A stretch of 64,000 nt of DNA, taken from the sequence record NC_054902.1; one strand, 5' to 3'. Made by a program: the position numbers and the translations under genes. The notes beneath the pieces were generated by a model. It saw only the letters and a list, made by a program, of their open reading frames with translations. It was not told the DNA's origin and did not search any database. This document shows positions 30,205-47,703 of this stretch, piece by piece. Every line of letters begins with the position of its first letter. Within the stretch, counting starts at the first letter, position 1. The DNA is from Enterobacteria phage Aplg8.

Positions 30205-32012
30205 TGAAACAAAATATTAATATCGGTAATGTTGTAGATGATGGTACCGGTGACTACCTGCGTAAAGGTGGTATAAAAATAAATGAAAACTTTGATGAGC
30301 TTTATTATGAACTCGGTGATGGTGATGTTCCATATTCAGCCGGTGCCTGGAAAACTTATAATGCTTCATCAGGACAAACATTAACAGCAGAATGGGGAAA
30401 ATCGTACGCTATTAATACATCTTCTGGAAGAGTGACTATAAATCTTCCAAAGGGCACAGTTAATGATTACAACAAGGTAATTAGAGCTAGAGACGTATTT
30501 GCTACATGGAACGTCAACCCAGTTACACTAGTAGCTGCTTCCGGCGATACGATTAAAGGGTCTGCAGTACCAGTTGAAATTAATGTTCAATTCAGCGATT
30601 TAGAACTAGTGTATTGTGCCCCAGGACGTTGGGAATATGTCAAAAATAAACAAATTGACAAAATTACCAGTTCAGACATTAGTAATGTAGCTCGTAAAGA
30701 ATTTTTAGTTGAAGTTCAAGGACAAACGGACTTTTTAGATGTTTTCCGTGGAACTAGTTATAATGTAAATAACATCAGAGTAAAACATCGTGGCAACGAA
30801 TTGTATTACGGCGATGTATTTAGTGAAAACAGCGATTTTGGCTCTCCGGGCGAAAATGAAGGTGAATTAGTTCCTCTTGATGGATTTAATATTCGATTAA
30901 GACAGCCTTGTAATATTGGTGATACTGTTCAAATTGAAACATTTATGGATGGCGTATCACAGTGGAGAAGTTCATATACAAGACGTCAAATTAGAGTGTT
31001 AGATTCAAAATTAACGTCAAAGACTTCTTTAGAAGGAAGCATTTACGTTACTGATTTATCAACAATGAAATCAATTCCGTTTTCAGCTTTTGGATTAATT
31101 CCAGGTGAACCTATTAATCCTAATTCTCTCGAGGTCCGTTTTAATGGAATTTTACAAGAATTGGCTGGAACAGTTGGAATGCCATTATTTCATTGTGTTG
31201 GTGCCGATTCAGACGATGAAGTAGAATGCTCTGTTTTAGGTGGAACTTGGGAACAATCTCATACCGATTATTCAGTTGAAACTGATGAAAACGGCATACC
31301 GGAAATTTTACATTTCGATAGAGTATTTGAGCATGGTGACATTATCAATATCACCTGGTTTAATAATGATTTGGGTACATTATTAACAAAAGATGAGATT
31401 ATTGATGAAACTGATAATCTCTATGTATCGCAAGGACCAGGAGTAGATATTTCCGGTGATGTAAATTTAACAGACTTCGATAAAATTGGTTGGCCAAATG
31501 TAGAAGCAGTTCAATCTTATCAACGCGAATTTAATGCTGTTTCAAATATCTTTGATACGATTTATCCTATTGGAACTATATATGAAAACGCTGTTAATCC
31601 AAACAACCCTGTTACATATATGGGATTCGGCTCATGGAAATTATTTGGGCAAGGAAAAGTTTTAGTTGGATGGAATGAAGATATTTCGGATCCGAATTTT
31701 GCTCTAAATAACAACGATTTAGATTCTGGCGGAAATCCTTCGCATACTGCAGGTGGAACAGGTGGTTCTACTTCTGTTACATTGGAAAATGCTAATCTTC
31801 CTGCAACTGAAACAGATGAAGAAGTTCTAATAGTTGATGAAAATGGATCAGTCATTGTTGGTGGGTGTCAATACGATCCAGATGAATCCGGTCCAATTTA
31901 CACTAAATACCGTGAAGCTAAAGCATCTACTAACTCTACTCACACTCCGCCAACATCAATAACTAACATTCAACCATATATTACAGTTTATCGTTGGATA
32001 AGGATTGCATAA
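30204..32012 (+). CDS. 10: baseplate wedge protein gp10
   Basis: 602 aa; synteny. Confidence 0.93.
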   Translation: MKQNINIGNVVDDGTGDYLRKGGIKINENFDELYYELGDGDVPYSAGAWKTYNASSGQTLTAEWGKSYAINTSSGRVTINLPKGTVNDYNKVIRARDVFATWNVNPVTLVAASGDTIKGSAVPVEINVQFSDLELVYCAPGRWEYVKNKQIDKITSSDISNVARKEFLVEVQGQTDFLDVFRGTSYNVNNIRVKHRGNELYYGDVFSENSDFGSPGENEGELVPLDGFNIRLRQPCNIGDTVQIETFMDGVSQWRSSYTRRQIRVLDSKLTSKTSLEGSIYVTDLSTMKSIPFSAFGLIPGEPINPNSLEVRFNGILQELAGTVGMPLFHCVGADSDDEVECSVLGGTWEQSHTDYSVETDENGIPEILHFDRVFEHGDIINITWFNNDLGTLLTKDEIIDETDNLYVSQGPGVDISGDVNLTDFDKIGWPNVEAVQSYQREFNAVSNIFDTIYPIGTIYENAVNPNNPVTYMGFGSWKLFGQGKVLVGWNEDISDPNFALNNNDLDSGGNPSHTAGGTGGSTSVTLENANLPATETDEEVLIVDENGSVIVGGCQYDPDESGPIYTKYREAKASTNSTHTPPTSITNIQPYITVYRWIRIA

Positions 32013-32671
32013 TGAGTTTACTTAATAATAAAGCGGGAGTTATTTCCCGCTTAGCCGATTTTCTTGGTTTTAGACCTAAAGCTGGTAATATAGATGTAAT
32101 GAATCGTCAATCAGTTGGGTCAGTGACAATTTCTCAATTAGCGAAAGGATTTTATGAACCAAACGTAGAATCAGCTATTAATGACGTTCATAATTTTTCT
32201 ATAAAAGACGTTGGTACAATTATTACTAATAAAACTGGTGTTTCTCCTGAGGGTGTTTCTCAAACTGATTATTGGGCATTTTCTGGAACGGTAACAGACG
32301 ATTCGCTTCCTCCTGGTTCTCCTGTTACTGTATTAGTATTTGGACTTCCAGTTTCAGCAACTACTGGAATGACGGCAATTGAGTTTGTTGCAAAAGTTCG
32401 TGTTGCCCTTCAAGAAGCTATTGCGTCATTTACTGCTATCAACTCATATAAAGACCATCCAACGGATGGTAGTAAATTAGAAGTTACTTATTTAGATAAT
32501 CAAAAACATGTATTAAGCACATATTCTACATATGGAATAACTATTTCACAGGAAATTATTTCTGAGTCTAAACCTGGCTACGGTACATGGAATTTATTAG
32601 GCGCACAAACTGTAACTTTAGATAATCAGCAGACTCCTACAGTACTTTATCATTTTGAGAGAACAGCATGA
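32012..32671 (+). CDS. 11: baseplate wedge protein gp11 (short tail fiber attachment)
   Basis: 219 aa from ATG overlapping gene 10 stop (TAATG); track start 31994 is upstream extension. Confidence 0.9.
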   Translation: MSLLNNKAGVISRLADFLGFRPKAGNIDVMNRQSVGSVTISQLAKGFYEPNVESAINDVHNFSIKDVGTIITNKTGVSPEGVSQTDYWAFSGTVTDDSLPPGSPVTVLVFGLPVSATTGMTAIEFVAKVRVALQEAIASFTAINSYKDHPTDGSKLEVTYLDNQKHVLSTYSTYGITISQEIISESKPGYGTWNLLGAQTVTLDNQQTPTVLYHFERTA

Positions 32672-34251
32672 GTAATAATACATATCAACACGTTTCTAAT
32701 GAATCTCGTTATGTAAAATTTGATCCAACTGGTACAAATTTTCCGGAAGAGATTACTGATGTTCAGGCTGCTATAGCAGCCATTTCTCCTGCTGGCGTAA
32801 ATGGAGTTCCTGATGCATCGTCAACAACAAAGGGAATTTTATTTCTTGCCACTGAACAGGAAGTTATAGATGGAACTAATAATACCAAAGCAGTTACACC
32901 GGCAACGTTGGCAACAAGATTATCATATCCAAATGCTACCGAAGAAGTTTATGGACTTACACGTTATTCAACAGACGATGAAGCTGTAGCTGGTGTTAAT
33001 AATGAATCATCTATAACTCCGGCTAAATTTACTACAGCAATTAATCACATTTTTGATACACGAATTTCTTCTGAAAGTTCACTTGGTGTTATTAAGTTAT
33101 CATCTCTACCGCAAGCATTAGCTGGTGCAGATGATACTACTGCAATGACTCCATTAAAAACGCAGCAGTTAGCTATTAAATTAATTGCGCAAATTGCTCC
33201 TTCTGAAACCACAGCTACCGAATCGGACCAAGGTGTTGTTCAATTAGCAACAGTAGCGCAGGTTCGCCAGGGAACTTTAAGAGAAGGCTATGCAATTTCT
33301 CCTTATACGTTTATGAATTCATCTGCTACTGAAGAATATAAAGGCGTAATTAAATTAGGAACACAGTCAGAAGTTAACTCGAATAATGCTTCTGTTGCTG
33401 TTACTGGTGCAACTCTTAATGGTCGTGGTTCTACAACGTCAATGAGAGGCGTAGTTAAATTAACTACAACTGCCGGCTCACAGAGTGGAGGTGATGCTTC
33501 ATCAGCACTAGCTTGGAATGCTGACGTTATCCATCAAAGAGGCGGTCAAACTATTAATGGAACACTCCGCATTAATAACACGCTTACAATAGCTTCAGGT
33601 GGAGCAAATATTATCGGAACAGTTAACATGACCGGTGGTTATATTCAAGGTAAGCGTGTCGTAACACAAAATGAAATTGATAGAACTATTCCTGTCGGAG
33701 CTATTATGATGTGGGCCGCTGATAGTCTTCCTAGTGATGCTTGGCGTTTTTGCCACGGTGGAACTGTTTCAGCATCAGATTGTCCATTATATGCTTCTAG
33801 AATTGGAACAAGATACGGCGGAAGTTCATCAAATCCTGGATTACCTGATATGCGTGGTCTTTTTGTTCGCGGCTCTGGTCGTGGCTCTCACTTAACAAAT
33901 CCAAATGTTAATGGTAATGACCAGTTTGGTAAGCCTAGATTAGGTGTAGGTTGTACTGGTGGATATGTTGGTGAAGTACAGAAACAACAGATGTCTTATC
34001 ATAAACATGCTGGCGGATTTGGTGAGCATGATGATTCTGGAGCATTCGGTAATACCCGTAGATCAAATTTTGTTGGTACACGTAAAGGACTTGACTGGGA
34101 TAACCGTTCATACTTCACCAATGACGGATATGAAATTGACCCGGCATCACAACGAAATTCCAAATATACATTAAATCGTCCTGAATTAATTGGAAATGAA
34201 ACACGTCCATGGAACATTTCTTTAAACTACATAATTAAGGTAAAAGAATGA
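32668..34251 (+). CDS. 12: short tail fiber protein gp12
   Basis: 527 aa; synteny. Confidence 0.93.
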   Translation: MSNNTYQHVSNESRYVKFDPTGTNFPEEITDVQAAIAAISPAGVNGVPDASSTTKGILFLATEQEVIDGTNNTKAVTPATLATRLSYPNATEEVYGLTRYSTDDEAVAGVNNESSITPAKFTTAINHIFDTRISSESSLGVIKLSSLPQALAGADDTTAMTPLKTQQLAIKLIAQIAPSETTATESDQGVVQLATVAQVRQGTLREGYAISPYTFMNSSATEEYKGVIKLGTQSEVNSNNASVAVTGATLNGRGSTTSMRGVVKLTTTAGSQSGGDASSALAWNADVIHQRGGQTINGTLRINNTLTIASGGANIIGTVNMTGGYIQGKRVVTQNEIDRTIPVGAIMMWAADSLPSDAWRFCHGGTVSASDCPLYASRIGTRYGGSSSNPGLPDMRGLFVRGSGRGSHLTNPNVNGNDQFGKPRLGVGCTGGYVGEVQKQQMSYHKHAGGFGEHDDSGAFGNTRRSNFVGTRKGLDWDNRSYFTNDGYEIDPASQRNSKYTLNRPELIGNETRPWNISLNYIIKVKE

Positions 34252-35711
34252 CAGATATTGTACTGAATGACTTACCATTCGTTGACGGCCCTCCTGCGGA
34301 GGGCCAGAGCCGCATTTCCTGGATTAAAAACGGCGAAGAAATATTAGGAGCTGACACACAGTATGGAAGCGAAGGTTCAATGAATAGACCTACAGTTTCT
34401 GTACTAAGAAATGTTGAAGTTCTTGATAAAAACATTGGAATACTTAAAACATCTTTAGAAACCGCAAATAGTGATATTAAAACCATCCAGGGCATCTTAG
34501 ATGTATCTGGTGATATTGAAGCTTTAGCGCAAATAAGTATCAATAAAAAGGATATTTCTGACCTCAAAACGCTAACCAGTGAACATACAGAAATATTAAA
34601 TGGAACTAATAGTACTGTTGACAACATTCTTGCTGATATTGGTCCATTTAACTCCGAGGCCAACTCTGTATACAGAACAATCAGAAATGATTTACTGTGG
34701 ATAAAGCGTGAACTTGGACAATACACTGGTCAAGATATTAATGGTCTTCCTGTTGTAGGAAATCCTAGTAGTGGAATGAAGCATCGCATTATTAATAATA
34801 CTGATGTCATTACTTCACAGGGAATACGTTTAAGTGAATTAGAAACAAAATTTATTGAATCTGATGTAGGTTCTTTGACCATTGAAGTTGGTAATCTTCG
34901 CGAAGAGCTTGGACCGAAACCACCGTCTTTTTCACAGACTGTTTATAGTCGTTTAAATGAAATTGACACTAAACAGACAACAGTTGAGTCTGATATTAGT
35001 GCTATTAAGACCTCAATAGGATATCCAGGAAATAATTCGATTATTACGAGTGTTAATACAAACACTGATAATATTGCATCTATTAATTTAGAGCTAAATC
35101 AAAGTGGAGGTATTAAACAGCGTTTAACCGTTATTGAAACTTCTATTGGTTCAGATGATATTCCTTCGAGTATTAAAGGCCAAATCAAAGATAATACAAC
35201 TTCAATCGAATCTTTAAATGGAATCGTCGGTGAAAACACTTCATCTGGTTTAAGAGCGAATGTTTCGTGGTTAAACCAAATTGTTGGAACTGATTCTAGC
35301 GGTGGACAACCTTCTCCTCCTGGGTCTCTTTTAAACCGAGTTTCTACAATTGAAACTTCTGTTTCAGGCTTGAATAACGATGTTCAAAACCTACAAGTAG
35401 AGATTGGTAATAACAGCACAGGAATTAAAGGACAAGTTGTAGCGTTAAATACTTTAGTAAATGGAACTAATCCAAACGGTTCAACTGTTGAAGAACGCGG
35501 ATTAACCAATTCAATAAAAGCTAACGAAACCAACATTGCATCAGTTACACAAGAAGTGAATACCGCTAAAGGTAGTATATCTTCTCTGCAAGGTGATGTT
35601 CAAGCTCTCCAAGAAGCAGGTTATATTCCTGAAGCTCCAAAAGATGGCCAAGCTTACGTTCGTAAAGACGGCGAATGGGTATTACTTTCTACCTTTTTAT
35701 CACCAGCATAA
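34248..35711 (+). CDS. wac: fibritin (whisker antigen control)
   Basis: 487 aa; [17 protein letters not shown]-terminus and C-terminal foldon [27 protein letters not shown]. Confidence 0.97.
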   Translation: MTDIVLNDLPFVDGPPAEGQSRISWIKNGEEILGADTQYGSEGSMNRPTVSVLRNVEVLDKNIGILKTSLETANSDIKTIQGILDVSGDIEALAQISINKKDISDLKTLTSEHTEILNGTNSTVDNILADIGPFNSEANSVYRTIRNDLLWIKRELGQYTGQDINGLPVVGNPSSGMKHRIINNTDVITSQGIRLSELETKFIESDVGSLTIEVGNLREELGPKPPSFSQTVYSRLNEIDTKQTTVESDISAIKTSIGYPGNNSIITSVNTNTDNIASINLELNQSGGIKQRLTVIETSIGSDDIPSSIKGQIKDNTTSIESLNGIVGENTSSGLRANVSWLNQIVGTDSSGGQPSPPGSLLNRVSTIETSVSGLNNDVQNLQVEIGNNSTGIKGQVVALNTLVNGTNPNGSTVEERGLTNSIKANETNIASVTQEVNTAKGSISSLQGDVQALQEAGYIPEAPKDGQAYVRKDGEWVLLSTFLSPA

Positions 35712-35735
35712 CATGGGGCCGCAAGGCCCCAAAGG
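35712..35735 (+). terminator. stem-loop after wac (terminator/RNA stability hairpin)
   Basis: GGGGCC-GCAA-GGCCCC hairpin, T-run not immediately adjacent. Confidence 0.4.
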
Positions 35736-35743
35736 ATTTTTAA

Positions 35744-37445
<1,702 letters not shown>

Positions 37446-37486
37446 TAAATATTATAAACTAATTAAAGCCCAGATTAGGAGAAATC

Positions 37487-40627
<3,141 letters not shown>

Positions 40628-40655
40628 TATTAAAGCATATTAAAGAGGATTAAAA

Positions 40656-42635
40656 ATGACTTTATTATCTCCGGGCATTGAGCTCAAAGAAACTACGGTT
40701 CAAAGCACCGTGGTTAATAACTCTACTGGTACAGCAGCTTTGGCCGGTAAATTCCAGTGGGGTCCTGCTTTTCAAATTAAACAGGTTACAAATGAAGTAG
40801 ATTTAGTTAATACTTTTGGTCAACCTACAGCTGAAACTGCTGACTATTTTATGTCTGCAATGAATTTCTTACAATACGGAAATGATTTGCGAGTTGTGCG
40901 TGCTGTCGATAGAGATACCGCTAAAAACTCATCTCCGATTGCCGGTAATATTGAATACACTATTTCTACCCCAGGTAGTAACTACGCGGTTGGAGATAAA
41001 ATCACTGTTAAGTATGTTTCAGAAGATGTTGAAACAGAAGGTAAAATTACCGAAGTAGATGCTGATGGAAAAATTAAGAAAATTAATATTCCTACCGCAA
41101 AAATTATCGCTAAAGCGAAAGAAGTAGGCGAATATCCAGCATTAGGTTCTAACTGGACTGCGGAAATTTCTTCGTCTTCCTCTGGTTTAGCTGCAGTAAT
41201 AACTCTTGGAAAAATTATTACTGATTCTGGTATTTTATTAGCTGAAATTGAAAATGCCGAAGCTGCTATGACAGCTGTTGACTTTCAAGCAAATCTCGAA
41301 AAATATGGAATTCCAGGAGTAGTAGCTCTTTATCCAGGCGAGTTGGGCGATAAAATCGAAATTGAAATCGTATCTAAAGCAGACTACGCAAAAGGTGCTT
41401 CTGCATTACTCCCAATTTATCCAGGTGGCGGAACACGCGCATCTACTGCCAAAGCAGTGTTTGGATATGGACCACAAACTGATTCACAATACGCTATTAT
41501 AGTTCGTCGCAATGATGCTATTGTTCAAAGCGTTGTTCTTTCAACGAAGCGTGGTGAAAAAGATATTTACGATAGTAACATCTATATTGATGACTTTTTC
41601 GCAAAAGGTGGTTCAGAATATATTTTCGCAACTGCACAAAACTGGCCAGAAGGCTTCTCTGGAATTTTAACTCTGTCTGGTGGTTTATCATCAAATGCTG
41701 AAGTAACAGCAGGAGATTTGATGGAAGCTTGGGACTTCTTTGCTGACCGTGAATCTGTTGACGTTCAGTTGTTTATTGCGGGTTCTTGTGCCGGTGAATC
41801 TTTAGAAACAGCATCTACTGTCCAAAAACACGTCGTTTCAATTGGGGATGCTCGCCAAGATTGCTTAGTATTGTGCTCACCACCGCGTGAAACTGTAGTT
41901 GGAATTCCTGTAACTCGTGCAGTAGATAATTTAGTTAACTGGAGAACTGCAGCAGGTTCATACACTGATAATAACTTTAATATCAGTTCAACCTACGCAG
42001 CAATTGATGGTAACTACAAGTATCAGTACGACAAATATAATGATGTGAATCGTTGGGTTCCATTAGCAGCTGATATTGCTGGTTTATGCGCAAGAACTGA
42101 TAACGTATCTCAGACTTGGATGTCTCCAGCTGGTTATAATCGTGGCCAGATTCTTAACGTTATTAAACTGGCTATTGAAACTCGCCAGGCTCAGCGCGAC
42201 CGTTTATACCAAGAAGCTATCAACCCGGTAACTGGTACAGGTGGTGATGGTTACGTATTGTATGGTGATAAAACAGCTACTTCTGTTCCTTCTCCATTTG
42301 ATCGTATTAACGTTCGTCGTCTGTTTAATATGTTGAAAACGAACATCGGACGTAGTTCAAAATATCGTTTGTTCGAATTAAACAATGCGTTTACTCGTTC
42401 ATCATTCCGCACAGAAACTGCCCAGTACTTACAGGGAATTAAAGCTCTCGGTGGAATTTATGAATATCGTGTAGTTTGCGATACAACAAATAACACTCCG
42501 TCAGTAATTGATAGAAATGAGTTTGTTGCAACATTCTACATCCAACCGGCTCGTAGTATAAATTATATCCAACTTAATTTCGTCGCAACTGCTACCGGTG
42601 CAGATTTTGATGAGTTAACTGGTCTTGCAGGTTAA
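40656..42635 (+). CDS. 18: tail sheath protein gp18
   Basis: 659 aa; synteny. Confidence 0.96.
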   Translation: MTLLSPGIELKETTVQSTVVNNSTGTAALAGKFQWGPAFQIKQVTNEVDLVNTFGQPTAETADYFMSAMNFLQYGNDLRVVRAVDRDTAKNSSPIAGNIEYTISTPGSNYAVGDKITVKYVSEDVETEGKITEVDADGKIKKINIPTAKIIAKAKEVGEYPALGSNWTAEISSSSSGLAAVITLGKIITDSGILLAEIENAEAAMTAVDFQANLEKYGIPGVVALYPGELGDKIEIEIVSKADYAKGASALLPIYPGGGTRASTAKAVFGYGPQTDSQYAIIVRRNDAIVQSVVLSTKRGEKDIYDSNIYIDDFFAKGGSEYIFATAQNWPEGFSGILTLSGGLSSNAEVTAGDLMEAWDFFADRESVDVQLFIAGSCAGESLETASTVQKHVVSIGDARQDCLVLCSPPRETVVGIPVTRAVDNLVNWRTAAGSYTDNNFNISSTYAAIDGNYKYQYDKYNDVNRWVPLAADIAGLCARTDNVSQTWMSPAGYNRGQILNVIKLAIETRQAQRDRLYQEAINPVTGTGGDGYVLYGDKTATSVPSPFDRINVRRLFNMLKTNIGRSSKYRLFELNNAFTRSSFRTETAQYLQGIKALGGIYEYRVVCDTTNNTPSVIDRNEFVATFYIQPARSINYIQLNFVATATGADFDELTGLAG

Positions 42636-42642
42636 TTGATTA

Positions 42643-42656
42643 TGGGGCTTCGGCCC
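42643..42656 (+). promoter_or_regulatory. UUCG-loop RNA hairpin after gene 18
   Basis: GGGGC-TTCG-GCCCC immediately after gene 18 stop. Confidence 0.4.
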
Positions 42657-42674
42657 CTATTCTCGAGGAAACAA

Positions 42675-43280
42675 GTGATTATTTCTAAGTTTGTTACAAT
42701 AAAACCAAGAAATCATTCAAAAATGTGGTCGACAATTCTGGGATATAAAGTATCATATCATGATACAGTATCTGTTCCAATAGAATTAATGCCAAAGAAT
42801 AGTAATAAAATAGTTGACGCTAAATGTGATTTGTGTGGTACTAAATTTAGTAGAAGCATTCAACTTTTAAATAGAACACCCACACATGCATGTAGAAAAT
42901 GTAGCATTAAACAAGTTGCTATTAAAAATTCGGAAGTTCAATCTGGAATAAGCAGACCATGGCAAAGAGGTGATAAACATCCTCGATGGACTGGCAAAAG
43001 AAAAGAGTTTGCATTATATGCTAGTAGAGTTCATTCTATAACTAAGTCAGCTAAAATAAGAAAAATCTGGTCAAAATGGCCGAATGCTGATAAAATAGGA
43101 ATGTGCGGCGTAGAAGGTGCTTATCAACTCGATCATAAAGTATCTATCAAATATGGATTTGATAATTTAATTCCGCCGGAAATTATAGCAAGTGTAAAAA
43201 ATTTAGAAATAATCACTTGGGAATCTAACCGAGAAAAGTCAAAAAGAAATAGCGTAGATCTTTGGGATTTACTAGAATGA
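42675..43280 (+). CDS. HNH homing endonuclease (free-standing), inserted between genes 18 and 19
   Basis: C-terminal HNH motif QLDHKVSIKYGFDNL...NLEIITWESNREK, CxxC...CxxC zinc finger; GTG start with GAGG SD (track start 42636 is TTG; ATG 42723 alternative). Confidence 0.75.
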   Translation: MIISKFVTIKPRNHSKMWSTILGYKVSYHDTVSVPIELMPKNSNKIVDAKCDLCGTKFSRSIQLLNRTPTHACRKCSIKQVAIKNSEVQSGISRPWQRGDKHPRWTGKRKEFALYASRVHSITKSAKIRKIWSKWPNADKIGMCGVEGAYQLDHKVSIKYGFDNLIPPEIIASVKNLEIITWESNREKSKRNSVDLWDLLE

Positions 43281-43306
43281 TTCTAAAGGCCTGTTTCGGC
43301 AGGCCA

Positions 43307-43314
43307 TATAAATA
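43307..43314 (+). promoter_or_regulatory. T4 late promoter (first of two upstream of gene 19)
   Basis: Exact TATAAATA following GGCCTG-TTTCGG-CAGGCC hairpin after HNH gene. Confidence 0.5.
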
Positions 43315-43365
43315 CACTATATCCTTAATTCTTTAATTCTATATGCCCTAGGTTAAACATAGGGA

Positions 43366-43373
43366 TATAAATA
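43366..43373 (+). promoter_or_regulatory. T4 late promoter for gene 19
   Basis: Exact TATAAATA 15 nt upstream of gene 19 ATG. Confidence 0.6.
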
Positions 43374-43387
43374 CTACAGAGGCTAAT

Positions 43388-43879
43388 ATGTTTGTAGATG
43401 ATGTAACACGAGCGTTTGAATCTGGTGATTTTGCTCGACCTAACTTATTCCAAGTAGAAATTTCTTATCTTGGACAAAATTTTACGTTTCAATGTAAAGC
43501 CACTGCTTTACCAGCTGGTATTGTAGAAAAAATTCCAGTCGGATTTATGAACCGTAAAATTAACGTAGCAGGCGATCGTACATTCGATGACTGGACTGTT
43601 ACAGTAATGAACGATGAGGCACATGATGCTCGCCAGAAGTTTGTTGATTGGCAAAGCATTGCTGCTGGGCAAGGGAACGAAATTACTGGTGGAAAACCAG
43701 CAGAGTATAAAAAGAGCGCTGTTGTTCGCCAATATGCTCGTGATGCTAAAACTGTAACAAAAGAAGTCGAAATTAAAGGCCTGTGGCCTACTAACGTGGG
43801 TGAACTTCAATTAGATTGGGATTCAAACAATGAAATCCAAACCTTTGAAGTAACTCTTGCTCTCGATTATTGGGAATAA
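43388..43879 (+). CDS. 19: tail tube protein gp19
   Basis: 163 aa; MFVDDVTRAFESGDFARPNLFQVEISYLG recognised. Confidence 0.96.
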   Translation: MFVDDVTRAFESGDFARPNLFQVEISYLGQNFTFQCKATALPAGIVEKIPVGFMNRKINVAGDRTFDDWTVTVMNDEAHDARQKFVDWQSIAAGQGNEITGGKPAEYKKSAVVRQYARDAKTVTKEVEIKGLWPTNVGELQLDWDSNNEIQTFEVTLALDYWE

Positions 43880-43911
43880 AATGAATGGGGAGAAATCCCC
43901 ATCCTGCTTAA

Positions 43912-45536
<1,625 letters not shown>

Positions 45537-45537
<1 letters not shown>

Positions 45538-45782
45538 TGGAAGGTTTAATTGAAGCTATTAAATCAAACGACCTCGTAGCCGCTCGTAAATTATTTGCTG
45601 AAGCCATGGCTGCAAGAACGATTGATTTAATTAAAGAAGAAAAAATCGCTATCGCTCGTAATTTCTTAATCGAAGGTGAAGAACCTGATGACGAGGATGA
45701 TGACGAAGACGAAGACGAAGATAGTGATGATAAAGACGACAAAAAAGACAAAGACTCTGACGAAGACGAGGATGATGAATAA
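45537..45782 (+). CDS. 67: prohead core protein gp67
   Basis: 81 aa with poly-acidic C-terminal tail. Confidence 0.9.
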
Positions 45783-46207
45783 TGCTTCTGATCCCTGAAA
45801 CTCATGAATTAGTTCTCGAGAATGTCGAAGCACTTATTCCTGAAGCACAGGGTCGCTTTGACGAATTGTCTTCTGCTTTAAATAAAGACGATATAAATAC
45901 AATTGTCGAGAATATGCTTGATGATGAAACTGATTTAGCGGTTGCATTAGCTTCTATTAATGAAAATATGCCGTTAAATGAATTTATCGTTAAACATGTT
46001 TCCGCCCGTGGTGAAATTACTCGCACTAAAGACCGCAAAACGCGTGAACGTAATGCATTTCAAACCACTGGGCTGTCTAAAGCAAAACGTAGACAAATTG
46101 CTCGTAAAGCTACCAAAACGAAGATTGCCAATCCAGCAGGTCAATCTCGTGCTCAGCGTAAGCGTAAAAAAGCTCTTAAACGCCGTAAAGCATTAGGATT
46201 AAGCTAA
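45782..46207 (+). CDS. 68: prohead core protein gp68
   Basis: 141 aa; synteny. Confidence 0.9.
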
Positions 46208-46845
46208 TGAATGAACCCCAATTACTAATTGAAACTTGGGGTCAACCTGGCGAAATTATTGATGGCGTGCCAATGCTTGAATCTCATGATGGAAAAGACT
46301 TAGGTTTAAAACCGGGTTTATACATCGAAGGAATATTCATGCAAGCGGAAGTCGTCAATAGAAATAAACGTCTTTATCCAAAACGTATATTAGAAAAAGC
46401 GGTAAAAGACTATATTAATGAGCAAGTTTTAACTAAACAAGCTCTCGGAGAATTAAATCATCCTCCACGCGCTAATGTTGACCCGATGCAAGCCGCTATC
46501 ATTATAGAAGATATGTGGTGGAAAGGAAATGACGTATACGGACGAGCTCGTGTTATTGAAGGTGACCATGGTCCTGGAGATAAATTAGCAGCTAATATTC
46601 GTGCCGGATGGATTCCAGGAGTTTCTTCTCGTGGATTAGGTTCATTGACTGACACAAATAAAGGTTATCGTATCGTAAACGAAGGATTCAAATTAACTGT
46701 AGGTGTTGATGCAGTATGGGGTCCAAGTGCTCCAGATGCATGGGTAACTCCTAAGGAAATTACCGAATCACAGACGGCGGAAGCCGATACAAGTGCCGAT
46801 GACGCCTATATGGCTCTCGCAGAGGCCATGAAAAAAGCGTTATAA
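46207..46845 (+). CDS. 21: prohead core protease gp21
   Basis: 212 aa; synteny. Confidence 0.93.
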   Translation: MNEPQLLIETWGQPGEIIDGVPMLESHDGKDLGLKPGLYIEGIFMQAEVVNRNKRLYPKRILEKAVKDYINEQVLTKQALGELNHPPRANVDPMQAAIIIEDMWWKGNDVYGRARVIEGDHGPGDKLAANIRAGWIPGVSSRGLGSLTDTNKGYRIVNEGFKLTVGVDAVWGPSAPDAWVTPKEITESQTAEADTSADDAYMALAEAMKKAL

Positions 46846-46848
46846 ATA
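46841..46848 (+). promoter_or_regulatory. T4 late promoter for gene 22
   Basis: Exact TATAAATA overlapping gene 21 stop. Confidence 0.6.
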
Positions 46849-46875
46849 TTATTATCTAAACAACAGGACTACAAA

Positions 46876-47685
46876 ATGCTTAAAGAACAACTGATTGCCG
46901 AAGCGCAGAAAATTGATGCTTCCGTTGCTCTTGATAGTATTTTCGAATCAGTTAATATTTCTCCGGAAGCAAAAGAAACTTTCGGCACTGTATTCGAAGC
47001 TACCGTCAAGCAGCACGCCGTTAAATTAGCTGAATCTCATATCGCTAAAATTGCTGAAAAAGCAGAAGAAGAAGTAGAAAAAAATAAAGAAGAAGCCGAA
47101 GAAAAAGCTGAGAAGAAAATCGCTGAGCAAGCTTCTAAATTCATTGACCATCTTGCGAAAGAATGGCTCGCTGAAAATAAATTAGCAGTTGATAAAGGCA
47201 TCAAAGCCGAACTGTTTGAATCCATGCTTGGTGGATTAAAAGAGCTCTTTGTTGAACACAACGTTGTTGTTCCAGAAGAATCAGTTGATGTTGTAGCTGA
47301 AATGGAAGAAGAGCTGCAAGAACATAAAGAAGAATCAGCTCGTCTGTTCGAAGAACTCAATAAGCGTGACGCATATATCAATTATGTGCAGCGTGAAGTG
47401 GCATTGAGCGAAAGTACTAAAGATCTGACTGAGTCTCAAAAAGAAAAAGTCTCTGCTCTGGTCGAAGGTATGGATTATTCAGATGCATTCTCAAGTAAAT
47501 TGAGTGCCATCGTAGAAATGGTGAAGAAGTCTAATAAAGATGAAAGCACTATTACTGAGGGTATAAATACTCCTGATACTGAAGCAGCCGGACTGAATTT
47601 CGTCACTGAAGCTGTAGAAGATAAAGCTGCACAGGGTGCAGAAGATATTGTAAGTGTATATGCGAAAGTCGCATCTCGTTTCTAA
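46876..47685 (+). CDS. 22: prohead core scaffold protein gp22
   Basis: 269 aa; acidic coiled-coil. Confidence 0.93.
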   Translation: MLKEQLIAEAQKIDASVALDSIFESVNISPEAKETFGTVFEATVKQHAVKLAESHIAKIAEKAEEEVEKNKEEAEEKAEKKIAEQASKFIDHLAKEWLAENKLAVDKGIKAELFESMLGGLKELFVEHNVVVPEESVDVVAEMEEELQEHKEESARLFEELNKRDAYINYVQREVALSESTKDLTESQKEKVSALVEGMDYSDAFSSKLSAIVEMVKKSNKDESTITEGINTPDTEAAGLNFVTEAVEDKAAQGAEDIVSVYAKVASRF

Positions 47686-47703
47686 TTTTAAAGGTTAACA
47701 CAA

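Noticed and set aside
42636-42674. Upstream extensions of the HNH ORF (also gp20 at 43951, gene 1 at 18095, gene 11 at 31994)
   Set aside because: The track starts are TTG or unsupported codons; downstream ATG/GTG codons with clear Shine-Dalgarno spacing fit better, and for the HNH gene the extension would translate through a stable GGGGC-TTCG-GCCCC hairpin.
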